Positions 36,911 to 46,802 of a DNA stretch of 64,000 bases are shown here, piece after piece. Position 1 is the stretch's first letter, and each line of letters opens with the position of its first letter. Origin of the DNA: Clostridia bacterium. Its GTDB lineage: Bacteria; Bacillota; Clostridia; Monoglobales; Monoglobaceae. The position numbers were made by a program, and so were the translations under genes. The notes under the pieces are model-generated. The model was given only the letters and a program-made list of their open reading frames with translations. It was not told the origin of the DNA and ran no database searches. Location: assembly GCA_045645805.1 (NCBI GenBank), contig JAZRJL010000013.1, positions 4,582 to 68,581 on the forward strand, written 5' to 3'.

Positions 36911-37822
36911 ATGGCAGAAATTGCAGATTTTGAAGCAAAAAAGAAGCATATTATTAAAAAGAAAAAGCGTGCCAGGGCAAAAAGACGGCTGATAGTTTTT
37001 CTGTTTTTATTTGTTTGTGTTGGGATAATATTCACTGTCCTTAAAGCCCCTGTATTTAATGTAAAAGGCATAATGTGTGTGGGTCAGCAGGAGCTTTCTG
37101 AGGAAGAGATTATTAAAATTGCCGGCGCAAAAACGGGTGTTAACATTTTTACTACCGGTGTAAAGATAATGAAACGAAACCTTGCTGAAAATCCGCTTAT
37201 AGCTGAAAGCAATGTCCGGCGCATATTCCCCGACAAAATAAAAATCTGGGTGCGTGAGGCAAAGCCGGTGCTTATGGCGGAAATGGGCAGCAGTATTATT
37301 CTTGCTGATAAAAAAGGTCAGATTATAAAGACGATTGAAAAGGAGAGAATTCAGCAAAGTATATCCGCAGCAAAACTTGACGGCTTTGAGCCGGCATCAA
37401 ATATTCCAGGTGAGTCAATTTACAAAAAAGATGATGCCGTGCACAGTAAAATTTCCGAATGTGCAGAAATACTTGAAAGGCTTGGAATGCTTGAAAAAGT
37501 AACAAAAATTTCGGCAAGCGACCTTTCGGATATCAGAATTGATTATGAAGACAGATTAAATATTCTGCTTGGTGATTACGAGAATATGGATTATCGTTTG
37601 ACATTTATAAAAAAGGTAATTTCAGAAAATCTGTCCAAGTATGAAAAGGCAGTTCTTGATTACAGAGGGAAAAATCTTTATGTAGGTCCAAGCAGTGAAG
37701 AACAGCAGACAGCTGAGAGTGAACAGCCCGAAAATGAAGACGCCAATGCAGAAACTTCTGATGGCGAGCCACAACAAACAAAAGAGCAAAAAACGGAAGA
37801 AGAAACTCCGATACAAAACTAA
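36911..37822 (+). CDS. divIB: Cell division protein FtsQ/DivIB (POTRA)
   Basis: It has a basic N-terminus, one TM helix and a POTRA-like region (FNVKGIMCVGQQELSEEEIIKIAG). The C-terminal tail is acidic and low in complexity. Confidence 0.8.
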   Translation: MAEIADFEAKKKHIIKKKKRARAKRRLIVFLFLFVCVGIIFTVLKAPVFNVKGIMCVGQQELSEEEIIKIAGAKTGVNIFTTGVKIMKRNLAENPLIAESNVRRIFPDKIKIWVREAKPVLMAEMGSSIILADKKGQIIKTIEKERIQQSISAAKLDGFEPASNIPGESIYKKDDAVHSKISECAEILERLGMLEKVTKISASDLSDIRIDYEDRLNILLGDYENMDYRLTFIKKVISENLSKYEKAVLDYRGKNLYVGPSSEEQQTAESEQPENEDANAETSDGEPQQTKEQKTEEETPIQN

Positions 37823-37852
37823 TAGAAGATAATAAGACAGAGGGAAACAAAA

Positions 37853-38602
37853 ATGAGTCTTGAAAAGAAACAAAAATTTCAGATATCAATATCCATAGTG
37901 GTATTAATCCTTGTATTTGCCGTAACCTGGCAGATAAAGGGTGTACGTAAGACAAATGCTGTTCAGGGACAGATATCAAACCGTATTGAAACCCTGCAGC
38001 AGGATTATAAAACCGAGCTTGAAAAAAACGAAAAGCTTTTGCAACAGATTATTGAGCTTCAAAACGACTTGACAAAATATCGTGAGCAGGTTGCTCAAAG
38101 CGGCGGTGCAGCAAAAATTCTTAAAGAGGAGCTTACCCGGGCTGAAACATATGCCGGTCTTACCGATGTAACGGGAAACGGAATAATTGTAACAATGAAG
38201 GATGGCGGAAACCAAGGTGTGGACGGGATAATATATAATGATGGCTACGGAATTGTTCACGACACCTATTTGCTTACAATAATAAATGAGCTGCGTGCTG
38301 CCGGAGCCGAGGCTCTTTCTATAAATGGTGAAAGAATTCTTGCTACAAGCGAAATAAGATGTGTAGGACCCACGGTAAGCGTAAACAACACAAAGCAGGC
38401 GGCACCCTTTGAAATAAGAGCAATTGGTAACCCGGATACTCTTGAAAATGCATTACGTATGCCGGGGGGCGCTATTGAGGGCGCATCGTTTTACGGCGTA
38501 GAAGTAAGTATAAAAAAGAGCAATAAGCTTCTTATAAAAAAATATACCGGTGCAAGTACTTTCAAATATGCACAGACGGTTGAGCCGGAGGTGACTGAGT
38601 AA
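37853..38602 (+). CDS. DUF881 (YlxW/YlxX-like) division/sporulation-associated protein
   Basis: It has an N-terminal TM helix, a coiled coil and a conserved C-terminal domain (GIVHDTYLLTIINELRAAGAEALSINGERI). Its position after divIB matches Bacillus. Confidence 0.75.
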   Translation: MSLEKKQKFQISISIVVLILVFAVTWQIKGVRKTNAVQGQISNRIETLQQDYKTELEKNEKLLQQIIELQNDLTKYREQVAQSGGAAKILKEELTRAETYAGLTDVTGNGIIVTMKDGGNQGVDGIIYNDGYGIVHDTYLLTIINELRAAGAEALSINGERILATSEIRCVGPTVSVNNTKQAAPFEIRAIGNPDTLENALRMPGGAIEGASFYGVEVSIKKSNKLLIKKYTGASTFKYAQTVEPEVTE

Positions 38603-39108
38603 TGCTGTATCTTATAATTGCAGTTCTTGCAGGGATTTTGCTTGGACTTTTGATTCCTTACAATCTCAGCTCGTCAATGGTTTCATATGTGGCTGTTGCA
38701 ATTATTGCGGCACTTGATTCGGTGTTTGGCGGACTTATGGCAAACTTTAATAAAAGGTTTAATATAAACGTATTTCTCATAGGCCTTATATCAAATGCGG
38801 TGCTGGGTATATTCCTTACATTTATAGGTAATGTTTTGGGTATCAGTCTGTCTTTTGCGGTAATAATTGTTTTTGGTGTAAGAATGTTTAACAACATGGC
38901 GGCAATAAGACGGTTGACTCTTGATAAGTATTTTGAAAAGCGTGCAAGAGACCGTGAACGTGAAAGACGGCTGCGGCTTGAAGCGGCACGTAATGCGGAT
39001 GATACCGAAGTTAATGAAAATGAGGATGAATCCATTGAAAAAAATGATAGCATAGCTGAAAATAAAGAAGAAAAAGTTGAAGATTATGAAGAAAATCTCG
39101 AAAAATAG
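38602..39108 (+). CDS. sbp: Small basic protein Sbp (DUF1290) with a charged ~55-aa C-terminal extension
   Basis: It has four hydrophobic helices and sits directly before ftsZ. The start overlaps the previous stop (TAATG). Confidence 0.7.
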   Translation: MLYLIIAVLAGILLGLLIPYNLSSSMVSYVAVAIIAALDSVFGGLMANFNKRFNINVFLIGLISNAVLGIFLTFIGNVLGISLSFAVIIVFGVRMFNNMAAIRRLTLDKYFEKRARDRERERRLRLEAARNADDTEVNENEDESIEKNDSIAENKEEKVEDYEENLEK

Positions 39109-39248
39109 TTGTATTTGTATGACGAAAGTTGAAATTTTATAACAAAAACGGAATAAATTTTAAAAATTGTATTTACAAAAAAAAAATTCAGTGGTATACT
39201 ATTGATATATGTATACAATTGCGAAAGATATAGTTAGGAGGAATTATT

Positions 39249-40415
39249 TTGTTTGAGTTTGATACTGAAACCACAAGCCCGGCTAAAATAAAAGTTGTCG
39301 GTGTAGGCGGCGGCGGCAACAATGCAGTTAACAGAATGATTGACGCAGAAGTAAAATGCGTTGAATTTATAGCAGTTAATACGGACAAGCAGGATTTGTC
39401 ACTTTCAAAGGCGACACAAAAAATTCAGATTGGTGCAAAGCTTACCAAGGGTCTTGGCGCAGGTGCTGTGCCTGAGGTTGGTGCAAAAGCAGCTGAAGAA
39501 AGCCGTGACGAAATTGCACTTGCAATTCAGGACGCAGATATGGTATTTGTTACTGCCGGTATGGGCGGCGGTACAGGTACGGGTGCTGCTCCAATCGTTG
39601 CAGAGATTGCAAAAGAGATGGGTATTCTTACTGTTGGCATTGTTACAAAGCCCTTCTGGTTTGAAGGTGCAATGCGTGCAAAGAATTCAGGTATAGGTAT
39701 TGAAAACCTTAAGGGTGCTGTTGATACATTGGTTGTTATCCCCAATGACAAGCTTCTTGCCATTGCTGAAAACAAAACACCCCTTACCGAGTCCTTCAAA
39801 ATGGCTGATGACGTTTTGAGACAGGGTGTTCAGGGTATTTCGGACCTTATTTCAAGACCCGGTCTTATCAGTCTTGACTTTGCAGACGTAAAGACCATTA
39901 TGAAAAACACAGGCTATGCGCATATGGGTATTGGCAAGGCAACAGGTGAAAACCGTGCTCATGATGCTGCAACAAAGGCTATCAACAGTCCTTTGCTTGA
40001 AACCACCATTACCGGTGCAAAGGGTGTTATACTTAATGTTACCGGCGGTAGTGATTTGGGTATTCTTGAAATTCAGACAGCTTCTGAAATCATAACCGAG
40101 GCAGCTGACAAGGATGCAAACATCATTATCGGTGCAATTATCGACGAAAGTTTGGGTGACGAGCTTCAGGTTACTGTGATTGCAACAGGATTTGAGGGCA
40201 AAAACAGTCCCCGCATCGACAAACCATCAATTTTTGGTGCAAACGAAGGTAAGGGAATTTTTGCCGCAATGCGTGAAGAAATGGACGAAAAAAAAACTGA
40301 GGACACCGCTTCGATAGTTGAAAAGCCTGTTGACAAAAAGACTGATTTTTACAACAAAGTGAGCGAGGATGACGGTATTGATGTTCCGATTTTTCTCAGA
40401 AAAAATCAGGATTAG
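39249..40415 (+). CDS. ftsZ: Cell division protein FtsZ
   Basis: [13 protein letters not shown] and [10 protein letters not shown] tubulin signature. The TTG start follows AGGAGG. The C-terminal peptide is IDVPIFLRK. Confidence 0.97.
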   Translation: MFEFDTETTSPAKIKVVGVGGGGNNAVNRMIDAEVKCVEFIAVNTDKQDLSLSKATQKIQIGAKLTKGLGAGAVPEVGAKAAEESRDEIALAIQDADMVFVTAGMGGGTGTGAAPIVAEIAKEMGILTVGIVTKPFWFEGAMRAKNSGIGIENLKGAVDTLVVIPNDKLLAIAENKTPLTESFKMADDVLRQGVQGISDLISRPGLISLDFADVKTIMKNTGYAHMGIGKATGENRAHDAATKAINSPLLETTITGAKGVILNVTGGSDLGILEIQTASEIITEAADKDANIIIGAIIDESLGDELQVTVIATGFEGKNSPRIDKPSIFGANEGKGIFAAMREEMDEKKTEDTASIVEKPVDKKTDFYNKVSEDDGIDVPIFLRKNQD

Positions 40416-40541
40416 CTTTTAAATATTTATTATTTAAGAAAACTCTTGAAAATTATTTCAGTTTGTGGTAAGATTGATACATTGTTGTAAAAATATAGCC
40501 CGAGTGGTTATATATGCATATGATTTAGGAGGAAAAACGAA

Positions 40542-40868
40542 ATGCAGACAGCTTTAATTATTATTCATGTTATTATTTCTATTGTACTTATTGCGGTTGT
40601 TTTGATGCAGCACGGTAAACAGCAGGGACTGTCAGGTGCCATCGCAGGCGGTGCTGAAACATTTTTTGGCAAAAACAAGGGCAGAACAATTGATGCAGCT
40701 CTTAAAAAGGTTACAGCGGTTGTTGCAATCTTGTTTGTAATCAGCTCACTTGGTCTTGCTGCTTATTCTGTTAATAAGAACAAGGCTGAGGCAGAAGCAC
40801 TCAACCAGCAGGTTGAAAGTCAGGTTGAAGTTAATGACGATGCAGAAGCTGAAGGTTCAGCTGAATAA
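40542..40868 (+). CDS. secG: Preprotein translocase subunit SecG (with acidic C-terminal extension)
   Basis: The sequence VLIAVVLMQHGKQQGLSGAIAGGAETFFG matches the SecG consensus. Confidence 0.85.
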   Translation: MQTALIIIHVIISIVLIAVVLMQHGKQQGLSGAIAGGAETFFGKNKGRTIDAALKKVTAVVAILFVISSLGLAAYSVNKNKAEAEALNQQVESQVEVNDDAEAEGSAE

Positions 40869-40883
40869 TTTAAAACAAATTAC

Positions 40884-40908
40884 CCGCCCCGAAAATCGGG
40901 GCGGTTTT
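40884..40908 (+). terminator. Rho-independent terminator after secG
   Basis: CCGCCCCG-AAAAT-CGGGGCGG followed by TTTT. Confidence 0.85.
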
Positions 40909-41024
40909 GTGATTTGAGTTAATCTCTAAGGCACTATTAAGCCATTTTATATATTATAAAAAAGTTTAATAATAAATAATTAAAAACAAACAGGGACAAA
41001 ATACAAAAAAGGAGGGCGGAATAT

Positions 41025-43079
41025 ATGACATTTATTGATATTTTAAGTGAATACCACATTATGCCGCAGTTTCCGCCCAATGTATTAAGATGGCTTGAAA
41101 CTGCACCAACTACTGTTGAAAAGCAGGATTTAAAAGGTCGAAGCGATTTAACCGACAAGCTTATTATCACTATTGACGGTGACGATGCCAAGGATTTTGA
41201 TGACGCAGTTTCTCTTGATATTCTTGAAAACGGAAACTATCTTCTTGGGGTTCACATTGCGGATGTAACTCATTATGTAACCGAAAATTCTCCCGTTGAC
41301 AGGGCGGCATTTTCGCGTGGTACAAGTGTGTATCTGATTGATACGGTTATACCAATGCTTCCTTTTGAGCTTTCAAACGACCTGTGCAGCCTAAAACCAG
41401 ATGAAATAAGACTTACGGTTTCGGTGTTTATGGAAATTTCTCAAAAGGGTAAGATTGAAGATTACCGGATTTGCGAAAGCTTTATTAAATCCCGTGAACG
41501 TATGACATACCACAATGTTACAAAGATACTCCAGGGTGACGAAAGTCTTTGCCAAATGTATTCGCATCTTACTGCAATGCTTAAAAATATGGAAAAGCTT
41601 GCAAAGCTTCTTAATAAAAAACGGGTTGCAAACGGGTCAATTGAGTTTGAAACTCACGAATCTAAAATAACTCTTGATGCCAAAGGCGTGCCCGTAAAGG
41701 TTGAGAAGTATCCCATAACCGTATCAAACGGCATAATTGAAGAATTTATGCTTGCAGCAAATGTAACTGTCGCAAAGCACTTTGCGGCAAAGGGTTTACC
41801 TTGTGTTTATCGTGTCCACGAAGAACCGGATTTTGACAGAGTAGAAAGACTTGCCAAAGTGTTACCTCAGCTTGGTGTTGATTTCAGCTTCAAGCCTGAT
41901 ATGCAGCCAAAGGACTTTCAAAAGATATTGAATTCCGTGACGAGCTTCGACACGTGCGGTATCGTGAACTATCTCGTGCTTCGCACCATGAGCCGTGCAA
42001 GATACAGCGAGAAGAATCTTGGACACTTTGGGTTAAGCTTTTCGGATTACTGTCATTTTACATCACCCATAAGACGTTATCCCGACCTTGCGGTTCATCG
42101 TATTCTTAAAGAAAGTCTTAAGGAAGAGATGTCAGAAAAAAGACTAATGCAATTTAAAGAATTTGTTGTATCGGCAGCTGTTAATTCGTCAATGACCGAA
42201 GGCTATGCCGCAGATGCTGAACTTCGTTGGAAAGATATAAAAAAGGCAGAATATATGTCAATGCACATAGGCGAGAAATTTGCTGCTTCAATAACCCACG
42301 TTACAGCATCAGGGTTTTTTGCCGAGCTTGAAAATACGGTTGAGGGTTTTGTGGCGGCACGGACAATGGAAGATGATGTGTATATGATGAATGAAAACGG
42401 CTTGTCCCTTGAGGGTATGCGTACAAAACGCAGATTTTCTGTTGGTGACAGGGTGGAAATAAAGGTAATTTCGGCTGATTCGGCAGAGGGTAAAATAGAT
42501 TTTGAGGTGGTTGGTACAAGAACACCGAAATTTCAGACAAGAAATACAAAAAGAGGAAGAGAAAAAGGAAAAAAGGTTTTAAACCGCAACGAAAAAAGGG
42601 TCTTAAAAGAGTTTAAAGAGCAATACCGTCAACAACGCAGAGAGAAGAATGATATAAAAGGAAGGCTTGATTCGGAAAAATATATTTTTGAAAATGCTGT
42701 GGTGTATGAAATTTTTGAAATTTTGCGAAAAGCAATAAAGCTAAAAAAAGATGAGGAACGGTTTGTAGGAGTGACACTTAAAGACCTTGCGGCGGCAATT
42801 TCGCAGCCGGTTTATCGTAAATTTGCTTATGAAACCGATGAGATAAGCACAAAAAATATGATAGTCTCAGCAACGGTAAATGTCAAAAATACACTTGCAG
42901 TTCTTTGCGACAGCTTTGGCGTTGAGCTTGACGAAAAGGAAATTAAGCTTGCTGTCGAATATGTAAGCGGGGCACTCAGGCATCTTGAATTTTGTATGAA
43001 AAATCCGGATATTAATTTTTCAAAGCGTGAGCGTGAATATGATAATATTATGAAGAAGTTGAACGAAAGACGAGGATAG
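41025..43079 (+). CDS. rnr: RNase II/R-family exoribonuclease (RNB plus S1) lacking N-terminal cold-shock domains and carrying an extra C-terminal region
   Basis: The RNB motif ITIDGDDAKDFDDAVS appears already at about residue 50. An S1 domain (GEKFAASITHVTASGFFAELE) is present. A basic tract and about 150 further residues follow. A strong RBS, AAGGAGGG, precedes ATG 41025. Confidence 0.85.
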   Translation: MTFIDILSEYHIMPQFPPNVLRWLETAPTTVEKQDLKGRSDLTDKLIITIDGDDAKDFDDAVSLDILENGNYLLGVHIADVTHYVTENSPVDRAAFSRGTSVYLIDTVIPMLPFELSNDLCSLKPDEIRLTVSVFMEISQKGKIEDYRICESFIKSRERMTYHNVTKILQGDESLCQMYSHLTAMLKNMEKLAKLLNKKRVANGSIEFETHESKITLDAKGVPVKVEKYPITVSNGIIEEFMLAANVTVAKHFAAKGLPCVYRVHEEPDFDRVERLAKVLPQLGVDFSFKPDMQPKDFQKILNSVTSFDTCGIVNYLVLRTMSRARYSEKNLGHFGLSFSDYCHFTSPIRRYPDLAVHRILKESLKEEMSEKRLMQFKEFVVSAAVNSSMTEGYAADAELRWKDIKKAEYMSMHIGEKFAASITHVTASGFFAELENTVEGFVAARTMEDDVYMMNENGLSLEGMRTKRRFSVGDRVEIKVISADSAEGKIDFEVVGTRTPKFQTRNTKRGREKGKKVLNRNEKRVLKEFKEQYRQQRREKNDIKGRLDSEKYIFENAVVYEIFEILRKAIKLKKDEERFVGVTLKDLAAAISQPVYRKFAYETDEISTKNMIVSATVNVKNTLAVLCDSFGVELDEKEIKLAVEYVSGALRHLEFCMKNPDINFSKREREYDNIMKKLNERRG

Positions 43080-43082
43080 ATT

Positions 43083-43814
43083 ATGAAAACAGTACTCATA
43101 ACCGGTGCTTCCCGTGGTATAGGCAGAGCAACTGCTTTGAAATTTGCTGAAAACGGCTTTGCTGTTGCAGTAAATTTCAATAGCAGGAAAGAAGAAGCAG
43201 AGTCGCTTTGCAGGCAGATTGTTGAAAAAGGCGGTGTTGCTGCACCATTTTGTGCCGATGTAGCTGATGAATCGGCGGTAGGCAAAATGCTTGAAGAAAT
43301 AAATGAAGTATTTGGTGAAATAGATGTTCTTGTAAACAATGCAGGGGTTGCGTTGCCGCAGGGACTTTTTACCGATTTCGATGATTCGGCGGCAAAAAGA
43401 GTTTTTGATGTAAATGTATTTGGAATGATGAATTGCTGTCGACAGATAGTCCCTCATTTTGTAAGTAAAAAGAACGGTAAAATAATTAACATTTCCTCTT
43501 TGTGGGGTGTTGTAGGAGGTTCATGTGAGGTTATATATTCTGCAAGCAAGGCAGCGGTGATTGGCTTTACAAAGGCTCTTGCCAAAGAACTTGCCCCGTC
43601 GGGCATAAATGTAAATTGCGTAGCACCGGGACTTATTGAAACGGATATGAACAAACATTTAACACCCGAGGATAAGGCTGACTTTGCCGATGGTATTGCC
43701 CTTGGCAGATGTGGCAGGGCGGAGGAGGTTGCGGATACCGTGTATTTTCTTGCAACGGAAAACTCTTCATACATAACTGGCCAGACAATTCTGGTTGACG
43801 GCGGCACCGTGTAA
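43083..43814 (+). CDS. SDR-family oxidoreductase (FabG-like)
   Basis: TGASRGIG, NNAG and YSASKAA motifs are present. Confidence 0.88.
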   Translation: MKTVLITGASRGIGRATALKFAENGFAVAVNFNSRKEEAESLCRQIVEKGGVAAPFCADVADESAVGKMLEEINEVFGEIDVLVNNAGVALPQGLFTDFDDSAAKRVFDVNVFGMMNCCRQIVPHFVSKKNGKIINISSLWGVVGGSCEVIYSASKAAVIGFTKALAKELAPSGINVNCVAPGLIETDMNKHLTPEDKADFADGIALGRCGRAEEVADTVYFLATENSSYITGQTILVDGGTV

Positions 43815-43864
43815 CAGAATATAAAAATGGTTGTTGTGTTTGAAACGATAAATAATTGAGATGT

Positions 43865-43890
43865 AGGGGCGGATGTAGGCATCCGCCCCT
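43865..43890. terminator. Bidirectional hairpin between convergent genes
   Basis: AGGGGCGGATG-TAGG-CATCCGCCCCT is a perfect 11-bp stem. Confidence 0.75.
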
Positions 43891-43911
43891 ATAATATGGT
43901 GTAAACAATTT

Positions 43912-44835
43912 TTATTTCAATAGGCTTTCAGCAGATTTTTTTGGAGTTCTCAGATACCGCTTCATCATATAAAGACATTCGGGGTCACGACTTATATGAT
44001 TCATTCCGCTTTCGCAGGAAAGGGATGCCTTGAAGCCCATTTCTTTTATTATATCAAACGAAGCATTGCTTACGCTGCCAAAGGGATAAGTAAATGTGGT
44101 TGGTACATATCCCGTGTTGGTTTTAAAGGAATCCTGCAGCTTTCCCAAGTCAGAAAGCAGCAAGGCACGATAATCGATGTCGGATTCGCCTCGCTTCTTC
44201 TTTGTGCCGTTTCTGCCCTTGTCGGTTGTGTGGAGATTGTATGAGTGGTTTTGAAATTCAACAAGACCTGATTTCATCATTTCGTTTACATTGTCCCAGG
44301 TGATGTGTGAATAGCTTGGGTTTTCATCAGGTGTTTTGGTGTAAAGGTCGGTATAGTAACCAATTAATGACACAACTGCTTTGGCATCATATTTTTCAAG
44401 CAGCGGATACGCATATAAAAAGTTGTTTGAATATCCGTCATCAAAGGTAAGTACAACAGGCTTTTCAGGCAAAGCTTTTCCATTATGAACATAGTCAATT
44501 AAATCCTGCATAACAACAGTTGTATAATTGTTTTCCTTTAAATATTTCAAATCCTTTTCAAAGGCAGATTCTGTAATTATGTAGTTTCCACCGGTATTGG
44601 TGCTTCTTAAGATACTGTGATACATCAGGATGGGAACATCAATTTTTTGTTCCTTTGCGGCAGCCAGAACATCATCTTTGTCTGCATCTGCAATTGGCTT
44701 GTCTAAAAAACTCTCAGCTGTCGTAACTGTGGCTTCAGACTGAGGTGAGTACAGACGTATTACACCAATACTTGCAAGAACAATTGCAAAAACTGCAAAA
44801 TAGTAAATTAATGTTTTCATTTTAATAACGTACAT
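43912..44835 (-). CDS. Polysaccharide deacetylase (NodB homology) family protein with signal anchor
   Basis: TFDDGY and other NodB motifs are present, with an N-terminal TM helix. The start is trimmed to ATG 44835, which avoids overlap with the upstream gene and has an AAGGG RBS. Confidence 0.8.
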   Translation of the reverse strand: MYVIKMKTLIYYFAVFAIVLASIGVIRLYSPQSEATVTTAESFLDKPIADADKDDVLAAAKEQKIDVPILMYHSILRSTNTGGNYIITESAFEKDLKYLKENNYTTVVMQDLIDYVHNGKALPEKPVVLTFDDGYSNNFLYAYPLLEKYDAKAVVSLIGYYTDLYTKTPDENPSYSHITWDNVNEMMKSGLVEFQNHSYNLHTTDKGRNGTKKKRGESDIDYRALLLSDLGKLQDSFKTNTGYVPTTFTYPFGSVSNASFDIIKEMGFKASLSCESGMNHISRDPECLYMMKRYLRTPKKSAESLLK

Positions 44836-44851
44836 AATTTCAACCCTTTCG

Positions 44852-45928
44852 TCATTCCATATTTTCAACAGATTTTTCAAAGAAATCAAATTCCCGTCGG
44901 TATTCCTCCGTAAGCTCATCCTTGACCACCGCAGAAGTATTTTTGCTTAAGAACTTTGCAATTTCATAACAGTCAATCCATATTTCACCGTTACCGTCTT
45001 TTTGGGACTCGTCAAAAATCAGCTGGATTCCCATATGCAAATGAGGTGTATCAATGTTATTAACATTTTCCTTGCTGCTGTAACCTGTCATTCCCAGATA
45101 TCCTATTACGTCACCTGCCTTTACTGTATGACCAACAGACAAATCCTTTGGATAAGGATGGTTTTTGCGTAGGTGTGCGTAATAATAGTATCTTTTTTTG
45201 TCAAAACTGCGTATTCCTATACGCCAACCACCATATTGATTCCAGCCAATGGCTTCGACCGTGCCGCTTTCTATTGCAATTATTGGTGTTCCCACACTTC
45301 CCATCATATCATGTCCAAGATGCTTGCGTTTGTAACCATAAGACCGTGAATTGCCGAAGTCGTCGTAATGGGAGTAGCCGTAGCCTTTTGCAATGGGTGA
45401 AAATGCTTTAAGACCGTATTTTTTTTCATAGATGGTTTCCTTATTTTCATTTACAGTCTGTATTTCATACTCTCCTACAAATTCGCCAAGGACAGCAGTA
45501 TATGCCTGATGGTAATACGGATAATATTTCATATCTCTGGTTATATCTTCTAATGCTTCTCCGTTTTTTAAACGGTTTGTAAGGGTGTTTAAATCGCTTT
45601 CGCGGAATTTTGAAAAATCACCACCATATTTTGAGCCAAGAATTGCCAGAAGTTCAATCCAGTTAAGTTTAATATCTGAGCTTTGACTTTCAATATCAAG
45701 CTTCATTGTTTTTTGAAGTGCTGTTGACGTTACTTTAAAGTCCACCCATTTAATAAAATCTTTTTTTGTAGTATGGGCGGCTTCTGATAAAACAGGTCTT
45801 GCCTGCTCGGTTATATTTTTTGATTTTTGTGAATCAGCATATAAAAAAACCATGATAAAGGAGGAAGTAATAATAATTATCAGGGATAAAACCGCTGCAA
45901 GTCGGCTTAGCTTAAATGATATAAACAT
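44852..45928 (-). CDS. M23-family metallopeptidase (peptidoglycan endopeptidase)
   Basis: HLGHDM, GYLGMTGYSS and PHLHMGIQL are present. The start is trimmed to ATG 45928, preceded by GGAAGGGGGA. It has an N-terminal TM helix. Confidence 0.85.
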   Translation of the reverse strand: MFISFKLSRLAAVLSLIIIITSSFIMVFLYADSQKSKNITEQARPVLSEAAHTTKKDFIKWVDFKVTSTALQKTMKLDIESQSSDIKLNWIELLAILGSKYGGDFSKFRESDLNTLTNRLKNGEALEDITRDMKYYPYYHQAYTAVLGEFVGEYEIQTVNENKETIYEKKYGLKAFSPIAKGYGYSHYDDFGNSRSYGYKRKHLGHDMMGSVGTPIIAIESGTVEAIGWNQYGGWRIGIRSFDKKRYYYYAHLRKNHPYPKDLSVGHTVKAGDVIGYLGMTGYSSKENVNNIDTPHLHMGIQLIFDESQKDGNGEIWIDCYEIAKFLSKNTSAVVKDELTEEYRREFDFFEKSVENME

Positions 45929-45983
45929 AAAAATCCCCCTTCCGTACAGTTTATGGAAAGGGGATTGGAAATATGATACAAAA

Positions 45984-46625
45984 TTATTCGTTGTCCGAAA
46001 AACCACTTTGAAGAGTGCGTACTGCCCAGTTACGGTTTATTTCGCTTTCGGGTTTTGCCATATTGGGGTTTTGGTCAAACTGCTTGACGATTGCTTCGTA
46101 CGTATCAAAGGATAATACGGCACGCACGTTTTCGGCATTTTGGGTAATAATATAAAACATAAGGCTTCGGTCATCAGGGTTTTGACCCGCATAGAAAATA
46201 CCTAAGATTTCAGAGCCGGCACGTTCCTCCTCAAACTGGTCCTCAAGCATTATTTTATAAAGCTCGATTATGCGGTCGTCAATTCCGTCTTCCATAAGAG
46301 CAATTTTTTCAACAAATTCGTTTATGGAACGGACAATCCTTAAGGTATAATCCTTTGCTTCAATAGCTGTATCGCGGCTGTCTGTGTCAAGTAGTGCCAC
46401 CATAAAGCTTTTGTCCGTGTCAAGATATGTGCAGTTGTAGGCAACAAGGATTTCCTCGCCGCACTCGTTGCAGCTGAAACGGAATATATCTCTGTTAAAT
46501 ATACTTTCCTTTAGGTCGGGATCTTTGCAGACATCTATAAACGAACAGATTCTGAATTCGCTTTCCTCCAGACAGGCAGGACAGCTGACCTTGGTTTTGC
46601 TCCATTGTGTCATATAAATTTCCAT
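45984..46625 (-). CDS. CpXC-domain protein
   Basis: Cys pairs CPAC and CNEC sit in the N-terminal zinc-ribbon-like region. The start is ambiguous between ATG 46625 and ATG 46613. Confidence 0.65.
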   Translation of the reverse strand: MEIYMTQWSKTKVSCPACLEESEFRICSFIDVCKDPDLKESIFNRDIFRFSCNECGEEILVAYNCTYLDTDKSFMVALLDTDSRDTAIEAKDYTLRIVRSINEFVEKIALMEDGIDDRIIELYKIMLEDQFEEERAGSEILGIFYAGQNPDDRSLMFYIITQNAENVRAVLSFDTYEAIVKQFDQNPNMAKPESEINRNWAVRTLQSGFSDNE

Positions 46626-46802
46626 GGCCTTTCTGCCCACAAATAGTAAATAAAAATACATGCGCTTCTTATCGTGGGCAGATAAGGCGTATAATGGAAA
46701 TTATGCACATCGCCGTTTCGGGACTAAAAGGCACGAAAACTCGGCGGTGCAATAAATTCCGCCGGAGGCCTAACGTGATTTTTCACGCTAATTACATCTT
46801 TG

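Noticed and set aside
46736-46766. Weak hairpin CGGCGG-N11-CCGCCG followed by TTTTCGTGCCTTTT on the minus strand, considered as the metA terminator.
   Set aside because: The stem is only 6 bp and the T-run is interrupted. It is plausible but too weak to annotate as a feature.
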